Shown here in pieces: positions 25,601 to 39,136 of a stretch of DNA of 64,000 nucleotides. The DNA is from Ramazzottius varieornatus. Its lineage: Eukaryota; Animalia; Tardigrada. Under the pieces are notes generated by a model, which did not search any database, was not told where the DNA came from, and saw only the letters and a program-made list of their open reading frames with translations. Where the stretch lies: the NCBI GenBank assembly GCA_001949185.1, contig BDGG01000004.1:149620-213619 (forward strand). The letters run 5' to 3'. How positions within the stretch are numbered: position 1 is the first letter of the stretch; each line of letters begins with the position of its first letter. The translations under genes were made by a program, and so were the position numbers.

Positions 25601-28600
25601 CGGATGGTTGGTCATGAGGTACCCGGGTTGTACGTACGCACGCGATGTATCGGATGTGCTGTTTCACGTCAACAACTTTTTTCGCTCATCCTTGCGCAGA
25701 GCTTCGAACATCGTTCGTGGTTGCTCTGCCATGTCCACAGCAAAGTTTTCAGACTTGCTTTGCTTTGCCTTTTAAGTGTCAAGCAGCGTTATGAAATTAT
25801 GACTTTGTGTAGATTACGTGAGTTGATGGTTAATGATTCCTTGCATATCGCGCGTACCATACTGCCCGTCTCATATCTTGGGGCCGTCTTTTTGACAGAA
25901 TAAACGCGACAATTGCCTGTATGCCCGCGTCAAAGGATTCCATCGCTTGAACGAGATCCCCGCTTCGTGGTATCCCTATTTCCAAGATCGCAACAACATC
26001 GCTGCTGCTGCTGCGGCTGCAGCCCCTGCCCCTGCCCGTAAGTAAACAATGCATAAGATATGCTCGCCATTCTCTTTCCTGTCCGCTATCGTTCATATGC
26101 TCACCATGCGACATTACACTGTACATGCATTGCATGGAGGAGTAGTGAGAATATTTTGTGCTGATGCTGACTCTGTTCTTGAAAGTGGTAAAAGTGGTAG
26201 CAGCTACTTTTCCACTTTCAAGTGCTGTCATACAGCGCAAAACTTTCACTCTGTCTCGTAATGTCCTAATGGTTTGTTGAACGATATGTCGCTCAATACG
26301 TGGCCTAAACATTCCTGCTTCGCTGATCATCCCCCAAAAACTTATCACCTCCAGCCCATCTTACCGCTTGCTTCCGTCTGATTGCACCGTACATAGTCTT
26401 TAGAGGACAGACCCCAAAATCCTCGTCTGAAATCTATGCACCCCAATCCCGTTTTTCTTCGATATCCATACTTCTTTGGAAAAGAACGCGAAATATTTTT
26501 CCATCGCGATACGAACTTTTTCGGATTATGTGTGCACTATAATCCACTGATTGTCAAGGTGCGAAACTAAACTTTTTTCATTAATTATGCAGGTACGAGA
26601 AAAGCTGTTTGGGTTATGTATGATGGATTAGCGTATTTTTGTACCTTTTGTTTTTTGTTCAAGTCGCGCGGAAAGCTGATTTGGTCAATTTTCTACGGTG
26701 ATGTCGGGATTGAGGCTTGCGGTATCTGGCAGGGAGGCATCTTGATGGGCCTGTTTAAAGTCTGCAGTGTGTTGTACACTGTTATGCGTTGTCAGCAGGC
26801 AGTGTCAAAAGCTGCTTTTTAGCAAGGCTCACTTGAGGCCACAGTGGAGCTATCGATTAATACTCAAATGTAATGCAGCTAATGCTCGATGGAGGCCACG
26901 ATTGATCTAATCTCAATTCCTCAATGATGATATTTCCCCTATTTTTACCCCAGTGTCTTCCTTCTTCATCCACAGATTCCGGAGCGGAGGTACCTGCCAA
27001 AGACCCCGCCATCTCTAACCGTGAACTCGTCTTTTCCGACACTTATGACGCGTATCCTGTCTCCGCACTACGGTACGGCACTTCAGTACCCTGTTACGAT
27101 CCTTGATAAATTACCTGAAAAAATTGTCTTCGTCTATTCGAATTCAATTTTTGCTATTTTTCCTACGAAGTAAGCCAGCTTCTTCTTGCATAGCGAAGAG
27201 TTTTCCTTCGGCTGGGAGGGTCCTTCGAGTCGTTTTTAGTGCTTTGTCTTCGCTTTTCTCACGAAAATTTTTTTTCCAGACTACTTCAAACTCTTCCGTT
27301 TTGATTTTTTTCCCATTGTTGCGGAATTTATCGATTTTGGCATAATTTATTGATTTTCCCTTACAGTGGAGTAAGCAACGTCAGGCACTATCGTGATCAC
27401 TTATCGGCCAAAGCCTTTGAGGCTAGCGACGATTGCTTCTACTACATTTTCTGGAAGAACTCCTACGGGAGTGTGAAGGACAAGGAGCTGGCGTCGACAC
27501 AGGGCGAGATCAGGGTGGGCAGCAACTACCAGGCCCGTCTGCCACCATGCCAGCCCCCCATGTCTGAAGACGAACGAAAAGACACCAAGAGCAACCCTGA
27601 ATGGTCCAAATGGGTCCCCAAGAAGTTCAACGGCGATCTCAACATGTTCATCACTGCAGCAAGGTCCATGCATGCCTATAGAACCATCTGCAGTTCGGGG
27701 ATCATCGATGATGGCGACTTGAAAATGACTGTGTACAAAGATGAATGCACTCAAAAAGCACTCGATGCCGTAAGTCGGACCAAAAAGTATCGAACTCTCA
27801 ACACTGTTCTACGATTATCATGCTGTTGTAGTTGCACCAAAAAGATTATAAGTTGGAAGATGCCCTGCACGAACTGATGAAAAATCCCGATGTCCAATGT
27901 AATCCTGCCAGCAAATGGACGGATGACGAAGCGGTAAGCGGCAAGTTGACTACATGCTTAGCTTTAACGGAAAAAGCCATTGTTTCAAGAAGCTGTAGAT
28001 AATCTATATTATGGTTCTCCAACAGCAACGTTTCGTACGAGGAATCAGAAAACACGGAAAAAACTTCTTCAAGATACAGAAAGAGTTCTTACCGGCACGC
28101 GGAACTGTAAGTAGTTTTAGCCAACACAATGAAATTCTACACGCATTCACCCAGATCTTTTTTTACTGGCGCACTCTCGCAGTTCATAATAATGCAAACG
28201 TGCGCCACTTGGGAAGACGACCTGGGTGGATTTATGCTCGGACGTTCATCTTCGGAATTCCGAACGTCGAAATGATGCCAGTTTGTTCTTTCAGGCAAAG
28301 TGTATAGAGTACTTTTATCTGTGGAAGAAGACAGCAGCTGGTCTGAAAGTTCTTCGCCGTCCAGCCGCGGGTTCCCAGAAGCGCACCAGCGGTGGAGGTC
28401 TCCGTCGGATCAAGACACGTGGGCCGAACCGCACACTGTCTTCGGACTTTGTTGACTGCAGTCCTTCCAGTGGTGACGAAGAGCGCGAGTCGGACGACTC
28501 GGATAAAGACTTGTCTGCATACCAATGCAGTAACTGCAGTGCCACTGGTAAGTTAGGCAAGCAGTCACTTCTTTTTTCTGAAGTCGTTACATGGTCACGC

Positions 28601-31466
28601 TAGCTGATTTTACGGTTGTTTAATTATACGTGTGATCATTTTGTGTGGTTGTGTTGTAGAATCGAAAGAGTGGCATCACACCACCAAGGATAAGACGACG
28701 GTGCTGTGCTCTGATTGCCGCCTGTTTTACAAAAAGTACGGTGAATTACGACCTACGGAAGAACGCGAAAATAATGCGCCGTCAGCCAGCGGCGATAAAG
28801 CGACAGCCAGCGATGAAAATAACGAGAACGTATTGAGCGAGAAAACTGGACCAACCACCCGACGAGCGGTAAGATATGTTTCGTTCAGAAAACTTCATGA
28901 ACGCATACTTCGTATTTTGTTCAATTTTATTCTCCGAATTTCTCAAAAAAAATTTTAACTTATTACTAATAAATTGAAAATTCAAGCAGAGAATAACTTA
29001 CGAAAATAAGTTTTCTCCGCTTGAATTTCCAGTTTATTTTGAGTAAGCTGAATCAGAAAGAATATTATTTCATAATGTGAGGACTTCGTCGTTTGTCCAG
29101 TCGAATTGGGGTTGGTTGTCTCCTGTCTTCGAGAAGCACATCAATGGCCGACCACAAAATGAATTTCGGTTATTTTCTACGATAGGTTGGTCGACCGAAA
29201 AGTGCCTGCGCAGTTACCAGTCCCGAATCTACGGACAAGAACCGTCGGTCTCCCGGCAGCGTCAGTAGCTCCTCCGTCGAGTCCAAGAAGAAAGCCAAGA
29301 CGTCCAAAGTCAAGTCCGAGAAGGACGCCACTTCGCCCACCCCCGCACCTTCCACCACCACCGAGACCTCCCAAGCAACCACGTCTGTGATCGAAACCAA
29401 GACCTCCTCTACCGATATGGACGTCGATATCCCTCCTGAACCCACCTCGATACCTTCCTCCCAACAGAAGCCCCCTGTACATCCGGATGTCAAGCCTTCT
29501 TCGCCCACGACTGGTATCCAGAAGAACATGTCGGCTCTGGATGTCCATCCGCATAGTTCTTCTGGTCTTCAAGTCAAGACAGAGCCGATGGACACGTCCA
29601 TCGACTCCTTTTCGGATCGCTTCTTTGGTACTGATAGGAAAACGGAACAGGAGAAATCGATGAAGAGTGAAGGTTCGGAAGAAGGGTCATCTCGATCGTC
29701 TTCGCAACAGCAGCACATGCCACCAGCTTTGCGGGAGAACAGTCCCGAACCAAAGCCTGAACACGCACAATGCTTCCCCAAGGCCGAGTAAGTACCTGCA
29801 TGTAATATTAAGTCCAGAATTGCAGTGTCAGGTTTTTTTGTCGAAGTTGATGGAATGATATTTGTTCCTGCAGGTACAGCCTGATCAAAGTATGGCACCG
29901 CAACGAGAACAGCTGCGCGAGGACAGACTTGATCTTCAAGGCTCATGCCAACTCTAAACTGTCTGCCGCCCTTCAAGCTCGCCTTACGGATCAAGCATCA
30001 TCCAAGCCTAGCCTTACTCCCAACAAAGACGCTTCTTCCTCCTCGTCCAGCTCCAAAACGTCGAAATCTCCTGCTCCTGGCAAAGACGAAAAAGTACGGT
30101 TAGAAATTCACTTCGTCGTCGTGTGGTGTTTCTATTCTTATGCCCGCTCTGGTTTCTGCAGAGGCCCGTTCCTGTCACTGCCGGACGTCAGAGTACCGGT
30201 CCCGCCGGTGCTCCCTCCAGTGAACGAGACCGTGACAATCGCAGTACGGGTGCCGTTGGTGGTCGCACCGGAGATACGCCCTCCCGTCTCAGCTTTCCTC
30301 CTGCCGGTATTCCCACTCCTGTTCAACGTCAGCTGTCAGGGTCCGTCATTCCAGGTCTTTCTCCCGATCTCGGTCTACCTCCTGGCCATCCTGGTGTCAA
30401 TCCCTTCGCCGCGGCAGCTGCAGCAGCCGCTTCCGTCAACGCTGCCCAAATGCCGCCGGGCATGTTCGGGGCAAATCCCGCTGCTGAACGCATGAGGTAC
30501 GCAAAGATGGAAAATATCCTAACCATAGATTATTTTGAGAGCAGGGGAACCTCTATGACGTTTTTGATACACAAGAGGGTTGGTAGTGGAAGAGCGGTAT
30601 GTAGCAAAGCATGGGGCTCTTTTAGCAAATTGGGGTAGAGGACGCGACGTTGCCGAAATGAATAACGCGAGCATTGGGCGCAACAAGAGTAATGCGCAGG
30701 GCAATTAATACTAATTGGCGAGAAACTTTTATCGGTGATTCGGTCCGCACGAAATTCCCGGTATAAATTGAGGTTTCTGTGTCGTAGGATGATGGAAAGC
30801 TTAGACCGTGAACGCATGCTGCAAGCTGCCCGCGCCGGTGTGCCGGGTGCCGCGGCCATGATGCAGCAGCTCTCGCCTGAGATGCAAATGATGGAGTCCC
30901 TGCGCCAGCGTGAGATGATGGCTAACCTGTATCCCCACCTCGCCGGTCCACAAGTCGCCGCTGTCATGGCCGCCGAAGCTCAACAGCAACAGCAGGCAGC
31001 CCAACAACAGCAGCGTGACCTGATGGCTTTGGCCGCAGCCGGTATGTTACCTGGCCATCCCGGCGGGCTTCACCCGGCCCTTCAACAAGAGATGGCCAAC
31101 CGGGAGCAGGCAGCCTTGTACCAGCAAATGGCCATGGCTGCACAAGCACAGGCAGCTGGGCCATTTGGCGCAGCTCATTTCCCACGTGGTCCGAATCCTG
31201 GTGATATGATGCATATGCTGGGAAGACAGCCTTCCATCGAGGACCACATGATGATGGCTGTATGTGACCCACCCTAATTAGCTTTTGTCAACCTCTCGAG
31301 CAGTATCGCAGCATGGGTTTAACCACCGCATATTTCATTGCAGCAACTGCAGCACAATCACCATCAGCGTGTACAAGAAGAACAGGCCCAACAGCACCAG
31401 CTACAGCAACTCTTTCGTAGCTATGGCCAATCGGGTATGCCAAACCCTGACTTCATGCGGAACTGA
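22636..31466 (+). CDS. RERE: RERE/atrophin-family transcriptional co-repressor (BAH-ELM2-SANT-GATA ZnF-atrophin)
   Basis: Exons 22636-22981, 24597-24676, 25899-26037, 26976-27072, 27367-27769, 27832-27933, 28026-28106, 28295-28547, 28660-28868, 29186-29787, 29874-30093, 30162-30496, 30788-31259, 31344-31466. Motifs: YKPGDSVY...ICTIQDF...NRELVFSD (BAH), STQGEIRVGSNYQARLP (ELM2), WTDDE..FVRGIRKHGKNFFKI..YLWKKT (SANT), CSNC..CSDC (GATA), NSCARTDL (atrophin). Start codon less certain. Confidence 0.92.
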
Positions 31467-34400
31467 GGACCTCTGTGGGTGCTCACACAAACTATCTTTA
31501 GATTGTGTGGGTGACAGGACCCAAATCGAAGGCCGGGCTAGAAATGTTGATGCTTGGTTTGCTTTATCTTTTAGCCTGTGTGATGCACTTTAAACAGAAT
31601 TTTGTCGCATCTTTCTACTCCTCATGGATTGCGAGAATTTTAGCCGCCTGTGTTGGGCTCCCCAGACAGTACCTACTCTGTCAGCATTTTAGAACAGCCA
31701 ACATGCTGTCCTTCATATCTTTGTTCCCGGTTCGCTTGTAAACATATTCGTGGACCAAAGAAAATGAAAAGTCTGAAAGCGCGGGGTGCCCACGAAATAC
31801 TTGTTTACAAAAAAGAGCGACAATGAACCCGCTCGACAATGATACCGCCCATAAACGGTAAAATCAATGTGTTGAGAAGATCAAGCAAGAATCTGCGGAA
31901 TATTGGTATCCCATGGACAGTCCATCCGGACTAATTACGGGTAACACACTCACCGTGTGCTGGCAGTACATACAGCTAATACGGTCAGAAAAATTTAGCT
32001 GTGAATATTCCATTTTCCGGACCCTACTGCTGTGATGGCCATGTGGACTGGATGTCCCACGGCGGCACTATTCTGGCGCTTGACTTTCCAAGCCGTACAA
32101 CCAACATGGCGTTCATGCTCATCCCGTTCGGATGTCGTAAGTCCAACAGATTTTATTCAGCGCTGATGAGTATACCCAGTTTTGCATCGGCAGGCCAGAA
32201 ACAATACACGCTAAAAACTTGCAGCAAAACTGGCGGTATATTATTTTTATCCACGAATCCATACTCGTTTCCTCGAAACTTCTGCTCAATAAGAAGATCA
32301 CCCACTAAAAGCCATTGTTTCCACTGAGCCTCCGGGTCTTCCAGTCGTCTTTTCAACCTACCCAGAATGCATCATCTTATTAACGCCGAATCAAAAGCAT
32401 TTCGGCACTCTCAAGTCGGCGCACTGATTGGGGTGAGTCGAACACTTACCATGCAACGAGGAAGAAAAAACAAAAGGCCAGGACCAGGAAGAGGGTGCAC
32501 CCGCTTATTGCTGCAGCAAAAAAAACCGAGATATCTTAGACAACCCAGTCAAGTGTTGTGGGTCGCAACGAAATTAGAACGATGGAAGATACAGATCGTT
32601 ACATGGCCGACAAGCAGGTCTTTGATTTCGGAAGCCACAGTACGTCTCATTGGAAGGTAAGGCACTGCTGCCAAACCAATCCGGCTTCCTGATGTGGCGC
32701 CAAACAACGAAATTGTTTTCCTCATAGGATTCCATGAATGGCTGAAACGAAGCACATGAGGTACGAGTGATATAAACCGCCTCCCAGCTGTACTGTAAAG
32801 CTTCATGAACTTCGCGAAGCACGTCGTCGCACCCGCGAAGATCCCTCGGTGGTACGCAAGATTGTGGTTTCCGGACCGGGATTCAGCTTCACGTGTAAGA
32901 TGACGCGATTCGCGAAGTTCATGAAGCATTATAGTACCTCGAAATCCGTCATTGAAAAGAAATACATGGCGGATCTGTACCTCAAAACGGCCTGACAGGG
33001 TGCTGAAGAATCGGAATACAAGCCTAGCAGGTCGTTGACCGAGACTGTTGATGGTCAAGTTTCGTAAGTCCAGACTGTGAAGGTCCGATTGCGAAACAGA
33101 GCTGTGAATGCTGCACCGTCGCTGTAGTTGAACCGAAGATTCTGAGTGCGAGCGCTGTCCACGGCCTAGTAAGATTATTCAACACTTGTCTCTCGGAAGT
33201 TCTTTCATTACTCGTTAGTAGGTAGACATAACGGACTTGTATCGCTTGATAGGCACTGGTCAACCATGACATTACCTATGCTTGCCACAAGGTGATTGTG
33301 TATGACGGAGGTATCACTTAGGCTTGTTCCTTAGCTTACCACTTACCAGCGGGGTCGCATTGTAATGGAGGCGTGACCGTTCTGCCCATTCTGACCGCAA
33401 CGCTTCGGCACTGGAAATCGTACCAATGTCCAACTCCAACATATGCATCATGAGTACTGGCCGGTAGTTTTCGCGAACGGCCGAAAAATGAGTGAGCTGA
33501 TAATGTGCCCGCCCGAATTGTTAAAACTTTGTCGTAACATAGCTGGGCTATGCCACCATGGCCGGTGGTGCGACCATGCCGGCTTCCTTTCAATACTGGC
33601 TACCGATGCTGCAGGTAGAACTACCTCGTATCGTCAGAAACACGGTAGAACCCATTGCCTTGATGACGTACTACCATACGATGAAGCAATCGGCCATCCC
33701 ATTGATATTAATATAATCCGTGGATATCTTCACGCTGCCTTTCTTGCATTACGAAAGTTTGGTCACATGCTTACATTGCTTTCGGTCCGAAGATCTAGAG
33801 CTGTCCAGTCGAAGTATGTCTTGTCGTCGAAGATCTTCAGTATGACGAAAACCTACCGGAGAGAGAGCTCACCTCTCCGTTCGATTGAAATTGAAATCGT
33901 CTCAATTAATCAAATGACCAATTGATTCGTACTGAACAGCACAGCACTTTCATGTGTACCGTATAACCAGTAGAACAAAAGCCTACGTATTCGCCAGATG
34001 TCATATTCCTTTTCGAAGCTGCTGACTGAAAGTGTAAAAAATCAATTGGTGTTTGGAAGCCGTCTTGGCATTGCATGGCACCGTCAATTAATTCAGGCAA
34101 AGACGATCTCACCAGGAGTCTGCGTAACTCGGATGGTCCGGAATAAAATAGGACCACTGAAATCAACATGCTATTGATATTATTGATATATAATATCAAA
34201 TCAACCCAGGGGAAATCTGCGTAACGTCTGTTTATCGTTCCTGCGTTGCTGCTTGCCTACTTTTCGAGTGTAATTAAAGGGAAGGCTGTTAAACCGTGGT
34301 CGACCTTTTGCAACCCTCGCCACAGAGTCTAGGTTCCTCACACTGAAAACTCATGACGGTACACCCACAATAAGAAAGTTTGGAGTAGTAGAAAGTTTGG

Positions 34401-35078
34401 AACAGACCGTTTCGCTACGGCGGTACGGGCAGGTGCGTCTTGCTGCATGTGGTATTCCTAGCCATTCTGCCGTACGTGCGTGAAGGGTGTTGGCAGGCTA
34501 CGTCATACGGTTGGTTTTTGTCTCCAACTTACATACAAATAAGGATCGGCATTTCGCCGGACCTTCTCCCTAGAACGGAATTCGGAAAGAAATTCCTAAT
34601 TTTCCTATTTTCCTATTTTCTGTTTCCTAAAAAGGCTAAACCAAAAATCAGAATTCCAGTACGGCAGTTTAGAAGGCACAAACCACGCGGAAATTCGGCT
34701 TAGCCCCAGCTGACAAGCTCAGCAAGCTTGTATTGCACTGGTCATGGTTCCCGCAAAGAAGTGGTGCACTTACCTCGACTGACATCCCTTACTTTCGCTA
34801 GCTCCAGGTCAAAATCGAGCGGTGTCACCGCCGAAGAATAGAATGAAGTTTAAACAGTGAAGTCATAACGGTTCCTGGTGGACGATGAAACTCTGTTCGA
34901 GATGAACGAATAAACACCTTTGACGCCCGGACCTTCCTTAATTACGAAACGAACACGGAAGTACTTGGGGTTAATGAAGGTAAACTGTCAAGGTAGGCAG
35001 ATATACACAATTGCGTAAGCCATTTGCCCAGCCTTCGCACAGTCCCCAAACACAGACCCCAAGCGAAGGCTGATTGAA

Positions 35079-35963
35079 CTAACCTGAGATTCGCAGGATA
35101 GCTTGGGTCAAGGAGACCATATCTGGTCGTACGTATCGGTTTGAAACGTCCCTGCTCCATCTACCCATGGCCCTAATCTGTTCCATGGAGCATCCGGCTT
35201 TAGAAGCCGTCGAAGCCGCTCTTATCCGGAAACTATGAGAGGTAAAGCCATTCCCGAGAAAAATTTGTAGCTCGCGATTGACACGTTGGCGAGTCAGGTA
35301 GCATCCATCATGGGAAATGAATAATGGTGTATGTCTTGCTGAAGATCTAACCAGCATATAAGCGTGAAGGGCTTGTACGGGACAAGTATCCGTTTGAGTT
35401 TTTGTTAGATAAATTGCAGGAGGTGTGGTTTTGCGATAGGTTTTATCTCGCCGCAAACATATTTGGACCGAATCGCAGGATATTTGAAAGTCGTTCAGGA
35501 CAAGGTTTGATTTGTCAAAACTTGTCTCCTTCGAACTGGTATACTCGGACACACGTAACATGCCGTAGAAGGCCATGGTGAAAGCCGACCAAAGCATCAG
35601 TTGGTCGTGTCGAGGAATGAGAGATCCGAATAGGTCAGCTTTGAGCTGTCGTAAATGTTCTATTGTCAGAGGCTTTCTCTTGTATGTGTCGGGACGGGTT
35701 TGGTTGGTTAGACCTTTCAACACCATTGAGAGGTAATGGTCATTTCTACCAGGATCTTCGAAACCGTGCTCCAGTTGTTCTGAACGTACGCCGGCTACAT
35801 AAACTGTCGCTGTTTTCCCGCTTAGCCCTTCGCTATCCAACCAGGAAACGAACCGTCTGATGGTTTGGCGATCCGTAGGGAGATAAGGGAGATGATGGCT
35901 CAAACAGAAAGAGCGAAATCGCTCAAATCCATTTCGGTAGCCTCTTCTGGTAGAGGTAGCCAA
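35079..35963 (-). CDS. Tyrosine recombinase of YR retrotransposon
   Basis: Open 294-codon ORF with AFYGMLRVSEY, DKT, TCPV, HSFR, GRW and RYVR catalytic motifs. Confidence 0.95.
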   Translation of the reverse strand: MATSTRRGYRNGFERFRSFCLSHHLPYLPTDRQTIRRFVSWLDSEGLSGKTATVYVAGVRSEQLEHGFEDPGRNDHYLSMVLKGLTNQTRPDTYKRKPLTIEHLRQLKADLFGSLIPRHDQLMLWSAFTMAFYGMLRVSEYTSSKETSFDKSNLVLNDFQISCDSVQICLRRDKTYRKTTPPAIYLTKTQTDTCPVQALHAYMLVRSSARHTPLFISHDGCYLTRQRVNRELQIFLGNGFTSHSFRIRAASTASKAGCSMEQIRAMGRWSRDVSNRYVRPDMVSLTQAILRISG

Positions 35964-36018
35964 TCGCTTACTGACGAGCTCTCGCGATTTTGCATCGAGT
36001 TCGAACAGTTTCCAGGTT

Positions 36019-37851
36019 CTAGCATGATCTCCCGCAAATATCTAGGATGTTGTCTACCATTATGGGCTCGGTATTGGCCTTGGGATGAGTTTCGAAGAAC
36101 CGCGCGTTGTCGAATTTAGACACAGCATCAGCCAATTTATTATCGACGCCGCTCACGTGCGTTATTCTTAGCGTGAAATTGTTGTTTGCCGCTTCAAAAT
36201 AGATGCGGCGTATCACCGTCATGCTGGCGACATTCGAGGACGTACATTTTGCCCAGATCTGGACCACCAACATATTGTCGGAATGAAATAAGATTCGCTT
36301 TCTCTGCCAGTTTGACCCCCAAACACAACACGAGATCAAAACTGGCAACAGTTCCAACAAAGCAATGGATGGTTTGGCTTCAAGTAGCCAGCTTGGCCAT
36401 CGTAACTGAAACCATTCTGCGCCGTAAACACCACCGCAACCGATGCTACCTGATGCGTCGGTGAATAGATGCATACTTGGGGTCGCCACTCATTTTGTCA
36501 GAAGAAACTTGCACGAGCCATTCCATGTCGGAAGAAAATCTATCCACCACTGCAGATCTCCTCTAAAGCCATCGTTCAGTTTCAGTTTGGGATGGCCGAG
36601 TTGTTTAACCTTATGTGCAAGATTGAGCATCCTTCGGAGGAAGATTCTGCCAGCCGGGATACATTTGGTTGCAAAGCCTAATTGTCCGCAAATGCTAAGA
36701 ATTTCCCGTTTAGTAGCTTTCACTCTAGCTTTGTATACCGTGAACAAATCTTGAATTTCCTTAACTTTACTTTCCGGAATGCTGATAGTCTAAGTTTCGG
36801 TATCGAGTTGAATGCCGAGGAAGGTGAGTTTAGTCGTAGGGCCCTCGGTTTTTTCTTCCGCTATGGGCACACCAAGGTGTGCACATAATGCTCGTATAAA
36901 AATCAACGTATGATGGCACGCAGGTGACGAACTAGGTGCAGCCCACCAGAAATCGTCGATGTAATGCAAAACGTCGAGCATTCCGCCAGTGGTCTTAATT
37001 TTCCATTCGAGAATTTTGGAGAGATCATCGAACAAACTAGGTGAAGATCGACACCCAAACGGCAGTACCGTATCGAAATGATATTTTCCATCGCACATGT
37101 AAACAAGCAGATGTCAATCCTCTTTCGCGACTGGTATGAGTCTAAAGGCGCCCTTCAAATCCGTTTTCGCCATCAAACAGCCCTTTCCAAGTTTAAGACA
37201 AATATCAATGGCGTCGTCGACTGAACAGAAATTAAGGGTATAATCTGTTTTCGAAATGTAATCGTTGACTGACTTTCTGAAGGGTCTGGACAAGTCCATA
37301 ATAAGGCGAACTCCGCCTAGTGTTTTGGGGCGTACACCCATGGAGGAACAAATGAAGTTGGGGAAAGGCGGATGGTTCAAAGGACCAACGGTGTGCTTTG
37401 CAGCGACCTCTTTGGCTACATAATCGCGTACGACCTCAGGGTGTTCCCGAGCAGTTCGAGCGTTAGGAGTAATTTGAGTAACATCAGGGCCGGTATAACC
37501 CAGGCGAAAACCGTTGATAAGACCATTGACGAAATAATCAGCAAATTCGGAGTCGGGATATTCCTTCAGGGCATGAGCAAACCGTTCTGGTATCAACGGG
37601 GTGTATGCTTTATCAGGAATTTCAACAGAAGTAAAATGATGAGTGGTAACAGGAACCGGTGCTAGCGAAGTAGATGGAACACTAAGCGTAGCGATGGGTG
37701 AGCTTGGTATGCCCGGGTTTGAGGCATTGCGAACAGTTATGGGCATAGTTCTGATAACATGGTTCAGCGCAGCCACCGGGTTCGTCGAAACGACTGTAAG
37801 CCAGGACCACAGCTTTAGGTCGATTACCATCAGAGTTAGAATTGGAGCCAT
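36019..37851 (-). CDS. Reverse transcriptase-RNase H of YR retrotransposon (three internal stops)
   Basis: One frame: RLIMDLS, KTDLKGAFRLIPV, LPFGCRSSP, HYIDDF, FLGIQLD, FTDASG, LLEL, FHSDN, NKLADAVS. Stops at 37114, 36790, 36490. Confidence 0.93.
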
Positions 37852-39136
37852 CAGATTTCATGTTAGAAAATCTATTAGATCTATTCACACCTTCTTTCTT
37901 GCTGGGGCATGTTGTTGCGATATGGCCCTTCTCGCTGCATATATGGCAAGTAGCGGTGCGAATCCACTCAGAGTATGGACCTCGAGCAACGGTGCTGATA
38001 ACTGTGGTGGTAGTAGCAGTTGGCTTGAAATTATTTTTAACGGCCTTAACGATATCACGGTCTTCGTGGTACCACCCGGTTACATCAGAATCCGGCAATG
38101 CCATCTTTTGACGGAAACGTTGGTCATATTCCAACCAAAAGCGCACGTCAGGCTTTCGTGAAGCCAACCCCCGGATAATGCCACTATAGGCAAGGAAAGG
38201 TATAGCCATATCGGGGTAATAGTAGCTCCGATAGAGAGAGAAAGTCAAAAACGCATCTTGCCAGGAGGGCAAGTCAACGATCACCAAGTGTCCTGTACTA
38301 GGGTCACCAGGCTGTTTGCGCTTGGTGTTATCAGGCACATATCTATCAGTAACCAGATCCTGGAAAACCACGTAGGCTGATTCTTGTCGAAGCAACTTGT
38401 CAACAGTAGGAGTGACTGGGGGGAAGCTGAAATGAGTAGAAGGAGGTGGCTTTTTTGAAACGACACTGTAGACGACTGGGGTAGGTGAGGAAAGTATTCG
38501 ATTGCCGTACTGCGGTAGAGGCGAAGGAGCCCGGGAGACTGATTACGTTGGGGAGGAGCATACCTGACGATGGAGTGACTCGTCTGTAGCTTCCAGCTGC
38601 TTGACATGACGAAGGATGGCGGCAATCTCTTCTGGTGTCGGGTAGGTGGCGTTGGTAGGCAACCACGGATCCCTTCCATTTCGGCCTGCTTGTTCGCCTT
38701 GTAATCGTTCACCGGAAGAGTGTCCCATGTGACCCATCAAGACGTCGCGTCCACCAGGTCCCACTTGGTCACCAACATACGCGCTCCTTTCGTATTCCAT
38801 TCTTCTTTCCTGTCTTTCTGAACTATCCGACACGCGAAGTGATTCCGGACCAGTTCCCTGTCTTTCCAGTCTTCCAGATCCACTTTCCAGTCTTCTGGAT
38901 CCATTCCCCAGACGGCTTGGGCTTCCCTGTCGGTCTTCTCGTCCGGGTTCTGCGAACAGCTCCAAGGCCCTATCCACACTGACCGCGCGATGAACTTCTT
39001 TCAACGCCGAGCGAAGGCGTTTGGCGAGAGGCACCTCTGGAAACGTGGTAAGAACTTGACTATCATCTGGCCCAGCTGGGTATTTGGTACCGTAACGGTG
39101 TCGTCCACTAGGGCTATCGCTGGCTACCGGAGGCAT
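37682..39136 (-). CDS. Gag-like ORF of YR retrotransposon (one internal TAA)
   Basis: ORFs 38543-39136 and 37682-38395 are in the same frame with open sequence between them. WLEYDQRFRQ motif, CCHC knuckle CHICSEKGHIATTC, C-terminal HNCSQCLKPGH. Confidence 0.8.

Noticed and set aside
29170-31272. Multiple overlapping and antisense ORFs
   Set aside because: Shadow frames of GC-rich, low-complexity RERE exons.
35079-35963. Phage integrase indicating bacterial contamination or HGT
   Set aside because: It directly follows gag and RT/RNase H in DIRS-order layout inside an intron-containing gene.
35079-39136. APOBEC-like strand-specific G>A hypermutation of the retroelement
   Set aside because: Some lesions are G>A (TGG>TGA twice, GGA>AGA), but contexts are mixed and the gag TAA looks like C>T; ordinary transition decay suffices.
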